Below are positions 49,856 through 61,419 of a stretch of 64,000 nt of DNA, one piece after another. The notes under the pieces were generated by a model, which saw nothing but the letters and a program-made list of their open reading frames with translations, was not told the origin of the DNA and did no database searches. Source of the stretch: an uncultured delta proteobacterium (lineage in GTDB: Bacteria > Desulfobacterota > Binatia > UBA9968); contig CAWDPO010000041.1 of the NCBI GenBank assembly GCA_963804165.1, positions 133,378 to 197,377 on the forward strand. Direction: 5' to 3'. Positions within the stretch are counted from its first letter, which is position 1. The number at the start of each line of letters is the position of its first letter. Both the position numbers and the translations under genes were made by a program.

Positions 49856-52800
49856 CTATTGCATTCTCACGGAAACGACCTTGGAAACTCCCGGTTCGGC
49901 CATCGTGATGCCGTAGAGGATCTCCGCGGCTTGCATGGATTTCTTGTTATGGGTGACTAGCACAAACTGTGAATGTTCACTCATCTCCTTGACGATCTCA
50001 ATGAATCGATCGATGTTAGCGTCGTCCAGCGGCGCGTCCACCTCGTCGAGAAAGCAGAATGGGCTCGGTTTTGTCAGGAAGATCGCAAACAAGAGGCTCA
50101 CCGCGGTAAGTGCCTTTTCGCCGCCGGACAAGAGCGTGATCGATTGAAGTTTCTTGCCTGGTGGCTGAACGACGATATCGACGCCTGTCTCTAAGTAGTC
50201 GTTATCATCGGTGAGCACCAATTTCGCCTTGCCGCCATGGAATAACCGGGGGAATATCATCTCAAATTTTTCGTTGATCGCTTCGAAACTTTCTTTAAAG
50301 CGCAGCCGGCAGACGCGATTGAGCTTGACTATGGTTTGTTGCAAATCGGCCATCGATTTTTCCAAGTCTTCTTTCTGCCGGCTCATGAAACTGAAGCGCT
50401 GGGTGAGCTCTTCGTACTCGCCGATTGCCGCCAAGTTGACTTCGCCCATTCGCTCCAAGCGGCCGCGAAGCTCATCGATCATCACCATCAACTCCGTTCG
50501 TGGCGCACTGCCTTCGGTCAAATCGATCTCCAGTGTTTCAAGGGCGACGTCATATTTTTCCCGAAGGTTGGCGGCGAGATGCTGCAGCTCGAGCCGTTGT
50601 TCCGCAAGCGCCAATTGAGTCCGGCCTTTTTCTTCTTGGCACGCTTCGCCGCGCGGGCGGAGTTCCTTGATAGTCTCACCGATCTCGGCGAGTTGTAGAG
50701 AAATGTTTCGATAACGCTGGCGTTTAGCCTGGAGTTCCTCTTCGAGCGCTTGAAGATCCGTCCGACTCCGATCGAGGTTCTCCTCGGTATTTGCCAGCAC
50801 TTGTTCGATCTCGCCCCGGTGTCGTTGGAAATCGATGATGCGTCCCTGGCGCGCCGTGATCTCTTGCGCCGTTTCCTCTTGAAGTTTCACGCGATTGGCC
50901 AGATTTGCGACCGTGTTGTCTTTTTTCTCGCTCAAAGCCGCGTGGCGTATGCGGGACTGAGTCAGCGCCGCCTCGGCCGTTTCATCGGCCTGGCACAGCT
51001 CTGCAAGCTCCGCTTGTTTTTGCGTCAGGGTGCGTTCGCGTTCCGCCTTTTCATCGGTGTGAGTTTGTACCGAGCCGTAATAGCGTTGAATTTCCTCATC
51101 GAGGAGATGGAGCGTGGTCGTCAGATCGCTTTGCTCCTGATTAAGCGCATGCACCGCTTGGCTGAGCCGCTGCCGTTCGCGCTCGGCCGCGCCTTTTTCA
51201 TGTTCGAGGCGCACGCGTTCGATGTCGAGCCGATGGATCTCCGCAGTCAAGAGGGTCTTCTTGGTTTCGACCTGATCGAGTTCTTGCTTGATTTGATCGC
51301 TCTCGCGTTCTTCCAGCGGCAGCTGCGTTTCGAGTTCGTCAAAAATAGTCTTCAGATCACGAATACGGCGCCGCTGCGAAAGGAAGTTTGCTTCGAGAGA
51401 TGCTCCGTTGCCCCCCGTAACGACACCCACGGGGTCGATCACTTCGCCTTCGCGAGTGACCAGGGTGCTGTAATAGCCGTTACGGTTCCACAGCGATAAA
51501 CCCGCCTGAAGATCGCGCACGACGACGACATCGGAAAGCAGATATCGGCGACCTCGCGATAACCTTCCTTAACGGAGATGACGTCCAACATCGGGGCCAC
51601 CACTTCGGCTTCTCCGAGCGGCAACTCTTTGCGGGGCTTGCGCGACGTTTCGAGCGGGATGAAGCTGCCGCGGCCCGACGCTTTGTTCTTTAAATACTCG
51701 ATCGCTTCGACGCCTTCCTCGTTGGCCTTTCACGATGACGTATTGCAGGCGGTCGCCCAATACCGCGGTCAGAGCCTTTTCGTACACTTCCGGTGCTTCG
51801 ATGACTTCGGCCACCAAACCGTAGACCCCGTTGGGCGAAGTTTCCTGCTGCCTTTTGCGCATGATCGCGCGCACGCCTTCCTGGCAGCCTTCGTAGTTCC
51901 TTTGCATGTCTTCCAAGGACATCAGGCGAGAACGTGTTTCCTGGAGATGTTCTTTAAGGCAGTCTATTTTTTTCTCGTGGCTTTCCCGAGCGCTATTCAG
52001 TGACTGGATGGACGCGGTCGCAAGAGCAGCTTCGAGCGATCGCTCGCGAATTTCTTCGAGGCAGCTCGCTAGCGAGCTGCCGGTTACGGCGATGATGCTA
52101 TCGCTTGCAGCTAACGACGCCGTGACCTGGGATATTTCTTCCTGGCTGCGCGCCAACTCCTTGCTGATCTCGCCGCGCCGCCTTTCCTTGGACAAGGTAT
52201 CGTTCTTCAAATTGGCGATCTGGTTGGCCGCGTCGATTAAAGCGTCTCTTTCGCGCTCGAGTTCACTTTGCAGAGTTCGAATCTGCGCTTGAAGCCCTCC
52301 TAGGTCGGTTTCCTTTTCGCGCAGAAAAGTTTCCTCAAACAAGGAAAGCTGGATGAAACTCTCCTTGGCCTTATTGAGTTCTTCGATTTCTTGGACGACA
52401 GTCCGGGTTTTCTCCTCGAGTTGCAGTAACGAGTTCCGGGTGTCCATCTCGTTTTGATTCAGCTGGGCGAGATCCTTCCTGAAGAATTCACACTTTTGTT
52501 CGTCCTTTTGGATTTCCGCGCGGCGACGGTAAAGGGTTTCTTGCTGATGGCCAATTTCTTTGTCCGCTTCCATAAGCGACAACCGCACCGACTCATTTTC
52601 CGCTTCTTTGCTGCGCAGCGCAGCGACGACTTCCGCCCAGCGATTTTCGACATTCGCGAGTTGTGCTTCCCGCTGGGTGATTTCTTGATTGAATTCTTCT
52701 CGCTGCAGGTGCGCGAAAGCTAGATCTTTTCCCTTGAGCTCCGATTTCAGGGCGCGATAGCGCTCGGCCTTTTTGGCTTGTAGCTCCATCGAGCGGATTT

Positions 52801-53410
52801 GCCGCTCGATCTCACGCACGATGTCGGTGACTCGAAGCAGATTTTGTTGCGTTCGCTCAAGTTTCTTTTCGGCGACAGTTTTGCGACTCTTGTATTTGCT
52901 GGTGCCGGCTGCCTCTTCGATAATGCCACGCCGGTCCTCTGGTTTGGCGTTGACGAGCTCATCGACCTTGCCCTGTTCCACGATGGAATAGGCTTTGCTG
53001 CCGACCCCCGTGCCCAGAAACAGCTCGACGACATCCTTGAGGCGGCTGTTTACTTTATTGATCGCGTACTCCGATTCGCCGGAGCGAAACAGGCGGCGAG
53101 TCACCATGATCTCGCTAAAATTGGCATACTCCGCGGGGCTCCGGCCGTCTTCGTTGTCGAATACGATGGCAACTTCGGCCATCCCCGTCGCAGGGAGGCT
53201 GTCGCTACCGCTAAAAACGACATCTTCCATTTGATGGCCGCGGAGGTGTCGCGCGCTTTGCTCGCCCATAGCCCAGCGCAAGGCGTCAACGATGTTGGAC
53301 TTACCGCAGCCATTTGGGCCAACGATTGCGGTGATGCCCGGATTCAGCTCGATAACTGTCCGCTGGGCAAACGACTTAAAACCGATCATTTCAAGGCGTT
53401 TTAAACGCAT
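49856..53410 (-). CDS. smc: Chromosome segregation protein SMC, two compensating indels in the hinge (about 51722 and 51543)
   Basis: [14 protein letters not shown], coiled coils, hinge, [15 protein letters not shown]; the three ORF pieces join by +1/-1 shifts. Confidence 0.93.
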
Positions 53411-53464
53411 AGGTGATTCTATCTAGTGAATTTTGTGGAATTTCCCGCCACCGAAATTAATTGG

Positions 53465-53493
53465 AATATTTCACAGTCAGGCGGGGGTGTCAA
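53465..53493 (-). promoter_or_regulatory. Putative sigma70 promoter of smc
   Basis: TTGACA-N17-AATATT. Confidence 0.6.
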
Positions 53494-53500
53494 GAAGAAA

Positions 53501-53548
53501 TCACAATATACGGTGCGTGGCTGTCTGATTTACCGCAAGATATGGGCG
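53501..53548. promoter_or_regulatory. Tandem NrdR-box-like operators
   Basis: TCACAATATACGGTGC (12/16 to acaCwAtATaTwGtgt) and CCGCAAGATATGGGCG (9/16), starts 32 bp apart. Confidence 0.6.
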
Positions 53549-53657
53549 CGGAGATTTAACTACTCCAAAGGTGGCAAATCAGCGAGACTGGCCTTTGGCT
53601 TCTCGGCGAGTTCCGTTCCCTTACGCCGCCGGTGGTAATGTTACGTACGAAATAAAA

Positions 53658-54290
53658 CTACTTTTCGAGAAGTTCCGTATTCCAGTAGGACACATCGATG
53701 GTATTGAGAAAGGGCATCCATTCCTTATATCGAGACATGCTAAAAGTTTCCTGCATGAACGGCGTCCACTGCGGTTTGAACGGCTTCCGTACGAGGGGCA
53801 TAGTGGCCTGGTGCGGGGTTCGGCCGCCCTTACGGCGATTGCATTCATGGCAGGAGCAGACGACGTTTTCCCACTTCGAGGTGCCTCCCTGAGAGCGCGG
53901 AATCACGTGGTCAAGGTTGAGTTCGTGTCGCGGTAATCGACGGCCGCAGTACTGGCACGTGCATTTGTCGCGAGCATAAATGTTGTAGCGGCTAAAGCGC
54001 ACCTGGCGCTTGGGTACCCGGTCATAACTGACCAGCAATACGACTCTGGGAACGCGGATCACGCGATTTACCAGGCCGACCGTTTCATCGTGTACTGAGA
54101 TCGAGAGATCGCTCCAACTGTCAAAATCAAATGTCTGATACTGCTCGTTAACCGCCTTGGCAATTCCTTGATAGAGGAGTACAAATGCACGCCGCACCGA
54201 GGTGACGTGGATGGGCAAGTAAGAACGATTGAGAATCAGGACCTTGGTGTTCAGTATACCGTAGGCGGGCGCGGTAACCGGATACGTCAT
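53658..54290 (-). CDS. HNH endonuclease (McrA-like)
   Basis: RDKCTCQYCG, LDHVIPRSQGG, WENVVCSCHECNRRKG. Confidence 0.9.
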   Translation of the reverse strand: MTYPVTAPAYGILNTKVLILNRSYLPIHVTSVRRAFVLLYQGIAKAVNEQYQTFDFDSWSDLSISVHDETVGLVNRVIRVPRVVLLVSYDRVPKRQVRFSRYNIYARDKCTCQYCGRRLPRHELNLDHVIPRSQGGTSKWENVVCSCHECNRRKGGRTPHQATMPLVRKPFKPQWTPFMQETFSMSRYKEWMPFLNTIDVSYWNTELLEK

Positions 54291-54404
54291 GGTTAACCTT
54301 TACTCGTCAATGGGGAAGCGGAGCGATCCATAGGTACTCTGCTAAAAATATCGGGCGACGACGGCAAAGTCAATTAAAGTCAATCCAAGGGCGCGGACAC
54401 ATGC

Positions 54405-54433
54405 TTGAAGTCGCGGCTGAATTCCTCTATAAC
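54405..54433 (+). promoter_or_regulatory. Putative sigma70 promoter of rne/rng
   Basis: TTGAAG-N17-TATAAC. Confidence 0.55.
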
Positions 54434-54532
54434 CACAACTAATTTCGTTTGCGCAGTTTGTGAGTTCGCCGCCGTCGCCGGGCGAATTCGCCTCACAGAT
54501 CCCTCCCGAGTCTGATCCGTTTACCGAATCCT

Positions 54533-56038
54533 ATGAAACAAGAGATTTTTATCAATTCGACGCCGCAAGAGAGCCGTATCGCAATCATCGAGGACGGCCA
54601 GTTGGCCGAATTCCTGATCGAAAGAAAAGAAGAAATGGGGGTCGCCGGAAATATCTACAAGGGTAAAGTGGCACGCGTTCTGCCAGGCATGCAGGCGGCT
54701 TTCGTTGATATCGGAATGGAAAAGGCCGGGTTTCTTCATGCCTCGGATTTTTCGTCCGAACCGGAAGACGTTCAGCTCATCGGTTCCTCGGGCGACGACG
54801 TCGAATTCGAGGAAGCACCCAGGCCCGCGCCTTCACGAAGACTGCCCCTCGAAAAACAAGTCTCGCGCGGCGAAGAGATCCTCGTCCAGGTCGCCAAGGA
54901 CCCGCTCGGCACCAAAGGCGCGAGGATTACCTCCCATGTTTCGCTGCCGGGGCGATATATGGTTTTTATGCCGGGCACTAAGCACATCGGTATTTCACGA
55001 CGAATCGAAAGCGAGGAAGAGCGCAAACGCCTGAAGGAGATTGCGCAGTCCTTGAGGACCGAGGAGGGCGGTTTCATTCTGCGCACGGCCTGCGAAGGAC
55101 TCAGCAAGCGCGAAATCCAACGGGATCTCAGTTTTCTGACGAAATTGTGGAAACGCATTCACGAAAAGGCGGAATCGGCTCCTGCGCCGTCGCTGATCCA
55201 CCAAGACCTTGATTTGATCGCCCGCACAATACGGGACTTTTTCACCGCGGATACCGAGCAAGTCGTTATCGATTCGCCGAAAGACCATCGGCGTATCGTC
55301 GACTTCGTCCGCAATTTCATGCCGCGTTTCAAATCAAAAATTGTTCTCCACGCGGAAAGAACACCGCTCTTTGAACAACAGGCCATCGAAGAAAAAATCA
55401 TAAAAGCGCTGGAGCGGCGGGTGTGGCTGCGTTCCGGCGGCTATATCATCATCGAACGGACTGAAGCGCTAACGGCGATCGACGTGAACACCGGCCGGTT
55501 CGTCGGCAAGCGCAATCAAGAAGAAACGATTCTCAAAACCAATCTGGAAGCGATTCAGGAAGTCGTGCGTCAGCTGCGCCTGCGCAACCTCGGCGGCATC
55601 ATCATCATCGACTTCATCGACATGGAGAAGGAGGGGAACCGGAAAAAAGTCTACGAAGCGCTCAAAGAGGCGCTCAAAAAGGACAAGGCGCGCACCAACA
55701 TTTTAAAGATTTCCGAGCTGGGCTTGGTCGAAATGACGCGCCAGCGTACGCGCGAGAGTTTGGAAAATCAGCTGCTGCGACCTTGCCCGCATTGCGACGG
55801 CCGTGGTCGCATCAAGTCGGCGCCGACGATCGCCTATGATGTATTGAGGGCGATCAAGCGCCAGCAAATCGAGGCGGGCAAGAACATCGTCGTGCGCCTG
55901 CACCCCGACGTTGCCAATTTTCTCTACGATGAAAAGAATAATAGCCTGGAAAATCTAGAACGCGAAATTAACCACCGAGTCATCATCAAAGCCAGCCAAG
56001 AGTTGCACCAGGAGAAATACGAGATCTCCGAAGCTTAA
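54533..56038 (+). CDS. rng: Ribonuclease E/G family (RNase G size)
   Basis: GNIYKGKV, AAFVDIG, IDVNTG, RLRNLGGIIIIDFIDM. Confidence 0.9.
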   Translation: MKQEIFINSTPQESRIAIIEDGQLAEFLIERKEEMGVAGNIYKGKVARVLPGMQAAFVDIGMEKAGFLHASDFSSEPEDVQLIGSSGDDVEFEEAPRPAPSRRLPLEKQVSRGEEILVQVAKDPLGTKGARITSHVSLPGRYMVFMPGTKHIGISRRIESEEERKRLKEIAQSLRTEEGGFILRTACEGLSKREIQRDLSFLTKLWKRIHEKAESAPAPSLIHQDLDLIARTIRDFFTADTEQVVIDSPKDHRRIVDFVRNFMPRFKSKIVLHAERTPLFEQQAIEEKIIKALERRVWLRSGGYIIIERTEALTAIDVNTGRFVGKRNQEETILKTNLEAIQEVVRQLRLRNLGGIIIIDFIDMEKEGNRKKVYEALKEALKKDKARTNILKISELGLVEMTRQRTRESLENQLLRPCPHCDGRGRIKSAPTIAYDVLRAIKRQQIEAGKNIVVRLHPDVANFLYDEKNNSLENLEREINHRVIIKASQELHQEKYEISEA

Positions 56039-56040
56039 GA

Positions 56041-56688
56041 TCAATTCTTCGGCCAAGCGTGAATGTCGGCGTCGCGCCGAAGCTTCTTAGCGTCGTAGAC
56101 TTCCCTGTGAGTGAATGCTGCCGCGTTGCGTCTGGGCTTCGCCTTGGGCCAACTGCGCGCGTGACCGATCGGCACGACCCACAGGAGCCGGAGCTCAGGC
56201 GGTACTTTGAATAACTCTCTCAATTCCGGTTCGACTTCCTCCCGCACGGAGACCCATACCGTCCCAAGTTTCATGCTCGCCGCCGCCAGCATCATTTGCT
56301 GCACTGCGTTGGCGATGCTGGCCTGAAACAGCTTCTCCCGGTCGGCCGCTTGGCGCGTGGTCAGATAAACTTGCTTGGTGCGGGCGTCGCCGCAGGCGAG
56401 CACGAGCACGCTGACATCGCCGACGTAGTCTTTCTTCAGTCCTTTGTAATGGACCGGGTCTTCGAGCTTACGCTGTTTCCATTCATTGGAGTAAATCTCG
56501 CGCACCCGTTTCATCTTCTTGCGATCGCGAGTGACGACGAATTCCCAGGGCTGCGTGTTGGCGCCGGAGGGCGCCCAGCGCGCAGCCTCCAAGATGCTCT
56601 GGAGCTGGAGGTCGCTGACTTTGCCGGTTTTATAAACCCGAACGCTTCGGCGGGTGCGGATGATGCTCAAAAGTTGGTCCGTATTCAT
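56041..56688 (-). CDS. Nitroreductase family protein
   Basis: RRSVRVY, AARWAPSGANTQPWEFVV. Confidence 0.9.
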   Translation of the reverse strand: MNTDQLLSIIRTRRSVRVYKTGKVSDLQLQSILEAARWAPSGANTQPWEFVVTRDRKKMKRVREIYSNEWKQRKLEDPVHYKGLKKDYVGDVSVLVLACGDARTKQVYLTTRQAADREKLFQASIANAVQQMMLAAASMKLGTVWVSVREEVEPELRELFKVPPELRLLWVVPIGHARSWPKAKPRRNAAAFTHREVYDAKKLRRDADIHAWPKN

Positions 56689-57006
56689 GACGACTCTTCC
56701 TCATGGTCGTGCGTGCGTTCACTTGAGATCGATTCTCCTTCTATAGCAGCAACACATGGGTTCCTCCAACCAGTAAAACAGGTGTTTGCCGTTCATCGAA
56801 CGTGGCGGTTGAGCGTATTTGAGATGAAGAGCAAATTTTGGATTCAGAGCAAAGTGAGGGAGCGCCAAGAATAGCCGTTGACTCAATTGTGATGAATGGG
56901 TAGGTATGCTTTGGTTTTGCTAGCTGGCATGGTCCGCCTATTTTCCGGATTGGGTTAGATCGGAGGCAGGTCTGGTACTCTCTAACGCAAAGCGGGGCGA
57001 GCAGGG

Positions 57007-58119
57007 ATGATTTCCATCCGCAAACTCTGCAAGGCGTTCACCGTTGCCGACGGAAAGATAGCAGCTCTAAAGAGCTTGGACCTGGAAGTTGCCGAAGGCG
57101 ACTTCTTTGTCATCGTCGGCGCGAGCGGTTCGGGCAAAACTACGTTGCTGCGCTGTGTTGCGGGGCTCGAAACGCCGGACGGGGGTGAAATCCGTATCGC
57201 CGGCGGCGCCGTGTTCTCGGACAACCCGCCGACCTGGTTACCGCCTCAGGAACGCAACCTCGGCATGGTCTTTCAATCCTACGCCGTCTGGCCGCATCTC
57301 ACCGTGTTTGAAAACGTCGCGCTGCCGCTCCGCGAGGGTGCTCAGAAAATTCCCCGCGACAAAGTCGATGGCCGGGTGCGCCAGGCGCTCCACATGGTGC
57401 AGCTCGACGAGCAAAAAGACCGCTCGGCCACGCTCCTGAGCGGCGGTCAACAGCAGCGCGTCGCGCTGGCGCGCGCCATCGCGGTCAACCCGCGGGTGTT
57501 GCTGATGGATGAGCCGCTCAGCAACCTCGATGCTCGGTTGCGCGAAGAGGTGCGCGGCAAGATCCGCGATCTCGCCAAGCAGCTCGGCGCCACCGTGCTC
57601 TATGTCACCCACGACCAGATCGAAGCCATGGCGATGGCCGATAAGATCGCCATCATGAGTTTCGGCAAGTTGCTGCAATACGGCGATCCGATGGAGCTCT
57701 ACCGCCGCCCTAACTGCGCGGAAGTCGCCGACTTCTTCGGCTCGGTGAACTGGCTTACCGGCAAACTGACTGAAGGAAACATTGTCGAGACCAAGATCGG
57801 CCGATTGGAAGTTTGTTTGCGCGGTGATCCCGGCCCGGAGGTTCTCGTCGGTTTTCGACCGGAATGTTTGCAGATCGTCGATGGTTCGCATCGCGCCGGT
57901 CACAACGCCTTCGATGGGGTCCTTCGTTCCAGCACGTTTCTGGGCGATCAGTTCGTCTACGAAGCTTTCATCAAAACTTCACTCGTGATGGGAAAGAGCC
58001 GCTTGATTCCGGCGCGCGACGATCGGCGCCTGCAGCTCTACGTCGATCCCGCGGAGATCATGGTGTTCCCCTACTCGGAGAGCAAGGATCGGATCTTGGC
58101 GCCGGAACAACGCGGCTGA
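57007..58119 (+). CDS. ABC transporter ATP-binding protein (FbpC/PotA-like)
   Basis: GASGSGKTT, LSGGQQQR, MDEPLSNLD. Confidence 0.93.
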   Translation: MISIRKLCKAFTVADGKIAALKSLDLEVAEGDFFVIVGASGSGKTTLLRCVAGLETPDGGEIRIAGGAVFSDNPPTWLPPQERNLGMVFQSYAVWPHLTVFENVALPLREGAQKIPRDKVDGRVRQALHMVQLDEQKDRSATLLSGGQQQRVALARAIAVNPRVLLMDEPLSNLDARLREEVRGKIRDLAKQLGATVLYVTHDQIEAMAMADKIAIMSFGKLLQYGDPMELYRRPNCAEVADFFGSVNWLTGKLTEGNIVETKIGRLEVCLRGDPGPEVLVGFRPECLQIVDGSHRAGHNAFDGVLRSSTFLGDQFVYEAFIKTSLVMGKSRLIPARDDRRLQLYVDPAEIMVFPYSESKDRILAPEQRG

Positions 58120-58182
58120 GAAGAAGGTGAATGAAATTATTTGCTCTCGCAGCGAGGGGTGGTCGAGGACAAAGTCGAAAGT

Positions 58183-58256
58183 TCGTCATACCGTTGAAAA
58201 ACGGTATCCAGGTTTAAGGGGATGGGGATGGACCCCGGTTTTCACCGGGGTGACGA
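58183..58256. repeat. Bipartite palindromic intergenic element
   Basis: TCGTCATACCGTTGAAAAACGGTATCCAGG...TGGACCCCGGTTTTCACCGGGGTGACGA. Confidence 0.7.
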
Positions 58257-58386
58257 TAACGCCGGAACGAAGAAATAAGAGTCGACTCCAGGCGGAGAAG
58301 TCAAAGATTTCGGCGACAGGAGGATTTTTTCAGACATGCTTATGGTGATTCAAATGAACCATTTCCCAAATTCTGAGAGGTTGACG

Positions 58387-60127
58387 ATGGAAGCGGTATT
58401 GAGAATGCCTCGTCAGTTGGCGATTCGCTTGCGCACTTCGCCATTGTTGTTGACGCTTGCGCTCCTGCCCATGCTGGTCATCCTCATTTTAGTTGCCGCT
58501 CTCATCTGGATCAGTTTTCAGACCGGCGTCGTCGGCACTCCCAGGGCGATCTATACGCTCAAGAACTACACGGAAATTCTGGGCGACCCGTTCGTCCTCA
58601 AAGCATTCTGGAACACGCTGATATTCACTCTAGCGACGACCTTCACGGCGCTCGCCCTCGGGCTGCCGATTGCCTGGTTGACCGAACGCACCACGATGCC
58701 GGGTAAGGGGCTTGTCTATACGATCATGACCTTGGGGCTGCTCATCCCCGGTATTTATACAGCGATGGGCTGGACCTTTATTGCCCACGTCCGTATCGGG
58801 CTTGTTGAATCGCTGGCTCATGGACGCCTTCGCGCTCGAAAGGGGCCCGATCAATATCGCCACGCCGGTGGGCATGGGGCTCGTGCAGGGGCTCAATCTC
58901 ACCGCGCTGGCTTTCATTTTGACCGCGCAAATGTTTCGCGCCATGAATCCGTCGCTCGAAGAGGCCGCCAAGATTCACGGCATGAGCTTTGCCGGCACGG
59001 TACGCCGCATTACTCTGCCGCTCGCGTTCCCGGCAATCTTGGCGGCGATGATCTACATGCTGACGATCGGCATTGCAACCTTCGATGTCCCGGCGATCAT
59101 CGGCCTCGGCAATCGCATCTACATGCTCAGCACCTATGTTTATCTAAAAGCCAACCCGCCGGACAGCGGGCTGCCGCAGCACGGCGTCACCGCCGCATTG
59201 GGGACGGTGATGATTCTCTTGGCTCTATTGCTGACCTGGTGGTACAGCCAGGTGCTCAGGCAGGGTCATCGCTACGAAGTGATCACGGGCAAAGGCTACC
59301 GGCCCACCTTGATTCACATCGGCCGCTGGTCCGTGCTGGCCTGGGGGATGATCGCGCTTTATTTTCTCGCTACCAAACTGATTCCGTTGTTGCTGATCGC
59401 CTATGCGGCATTCACGCCGTACCTGGCGCCGCCGTCGTGGGAAATGCTCGGTAAGCTCTCGCTCGACGGCTTTCGTAATCTCAATTGGGACCTATTCTGG
59501 CGCGGTCTTTACAATACCGTCTTGCTCGTGGTCACGGTGCCGGTCATTACCTTACTCCTGGCCTTCAGCATTTCCTGGCTGATCGTGCGCTCGCGCAGCC
59601 GCATGCGCTACGTGTTGGAATTCGGCGCTTTTTTGCCGCATGCGCTGCCGGAAATAATCATGGCGATCGGCGCGCTGTTGCTGGCGCTCTTCGTGCTGCC
59701 GAAGTTTATCCCGCTCTACGGCTCGGTGTGGCTGATCGCCATCGTCTACGTCATTTCGCGCCTGGCCTTCGCCACTCGGGCGCTCAACAGCTCGCTTTTG
59801 CAAATTCACAAAGAGCTCGAAGAGGCGGCTTATACCGCCGGATTGTCGCCGGTGCGCACGTCGTGGCGCATTCTTGTGCCGTTGCTCCGCCCGACCCTGA
59901 TGTCGATTTGGATCTGGTCGGCGATTCTGGTCTACCGCGAGCTCACCGTCGCGGTTTTCCTGATCAGTCAGGAAAGCATTACTTTGCCGGCGGTGATCTG
60001 GAGTTACTGGTTTTCCGGCGCCATCAATCAGGCGGCGGCGGTGACGTTGTTCATGACGCTCGTGCTCACGCCGCTTATTCTGATCTTCTGGTGGTTCGGG
60101 CGCCGCCAGCTGATGCCGGAATCGTAA
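58387..60127 (+). CDS. ABC permease (FbpB-type, two TM domains), +1 frameshift near 58799
   Basis: Two EAA loops (SLEEAAKIHG, ELEEAAYTAG); joins as RIGLLNRW. Confidence 0.87.
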
Positions 60128-60208
60128 TTTTTGCAGAGATTGTGCAACCGACTCGTCTAACATTGACGGATGAAATTAGCGGCTATTTAAACACGAAGGG
60201 AGGATCGT

Positions 60209-61332
60209 ATGATGCCTTATCGAAGGAGAGGAATGGGATTTTTCACCGCGGTGGTTTTTGCAAGCGCTCTATTCGCTATCCCCGCAGGCGAAGCGCGGGC
60301 GGCGGAAAGCGGCAAGGGGACCACGATTGCCGAGTTGGTCAGCAAGGCTAAAAAGGAAACGACGTTCAGAGCGCAGTGGGGCGCCGATACGCTCGACGGC
60401 GGGCCGGGGCTGCAAAAAATCGTCGCCGCGATGAACAAGAAATATGGCCTCAATCTCCAGCCTTCCTTCACTCCGGGCTCGAACATGCAGGGAATGATGG
60501 CGAAGATCACCCGCGAACTGGCGGCGGGTCAGCCGGCGAGCAGCGACGTCTACTTCGGCAACTCGCAATCGATGCTGCAGGCGATGGAAAACCAGCCGTT
60601 GATACCGATGGATTGGCGCGCTCTGATCGAGCGCAAGTTTTTGCCGGAGCCCGGATTCGATCCGGTCGTGCCCGGCAACATAGGTGTCGCCATGGCCTCG
60701 ACCTCGTCGGAGCGATCTACAACAGCAATCTGGTCAAGGGAAACGACATCCCGCGCAAGCTCGAGGATTTGATGAGTCCAAAGTGGAAAGGCAAAATCGC
60801 CTCGACGCCGTATGCGGCCGGGTTCAGAGAATTTGCCATGCCGGAGCTTCTAGGCAAAGAAAAAGTCGTCGATTTCGTCAAAAAATTTTCCAAGCATATC
60901 GCCGGCGTTATTCGCTGCGGCGAGATGGACCGGCTGACCAGCGGTGAGTTCCTCATGCTCGCACTGGCCTGCGGCGATCAGGAGGTCAACATGGCGCAGC
61001 GAAAGAGCATTCCGCTCGGCTACGCGATCATGGAAGACGCCACCATTTCGCACACCCGATACGGCGCGGTTCCGAAAAATTCCCGAGCGCCGAACACTGC
61101 TGCTCTATTCGTGGCGTTCCTGCACACCCCGGAAGGCCAGAAGCTGATGTGGGATATCGACGGGCTCGATTTCCACCTTTACCCCGAGTCGAACCAGAAA
61201 AAGAAGCTCGATGCGGCCAAAGCCAAAGGCGCCAAAGTGGTGATCAGCTCGCCGCAATGGCTGAGCAAGAACAAGCATTACGATGACACGCAGAAGGAAC
61301 TAGAAAAGATTCTTCGCGGCGAAGTGAGCTAG
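60209..61332 (+). CDS. Extracellular solute-binding protein, -1 frameshift near 60702
   Basis: Signal peptide, YNSNLV..PRKLEDLMSPKWKGKI, APNTAALFVAFL; joins as MASTLVGAIYN. Confidence 0.85.
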
Positions 61333-61356
61333 GGTCAGAATATTGCCACAAAAAAG

Positions 61357-61387
61357 TGTAAGGGCGGGTTTCAAACCCGCCCCTACA
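61357..61387. repeat. REP-like palindrome
   Basis: TGTAAGGGCGGGTTT-C-AAACCCGCCCCTACA, between convergent genes. Confidence 0.75.
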
Positions 61388-61419
61388 ACTTTACCCGCAA
61401 TTTTTACGCTATCTAATTT

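Noticed and set aside
51439-51730. Programmed frameshifting or a true split SMC
   Set aside because: No slippery heptamer; the two indels compensate and match the window-wide error pattern.
49856-54290. Wadjet/Lamassu-type SMC plus nuclease defence system
   Set aside because: The SMC is the canonical housekeeping type, upstream of ftsY, and no jetABD or lmuB-like partners are present.
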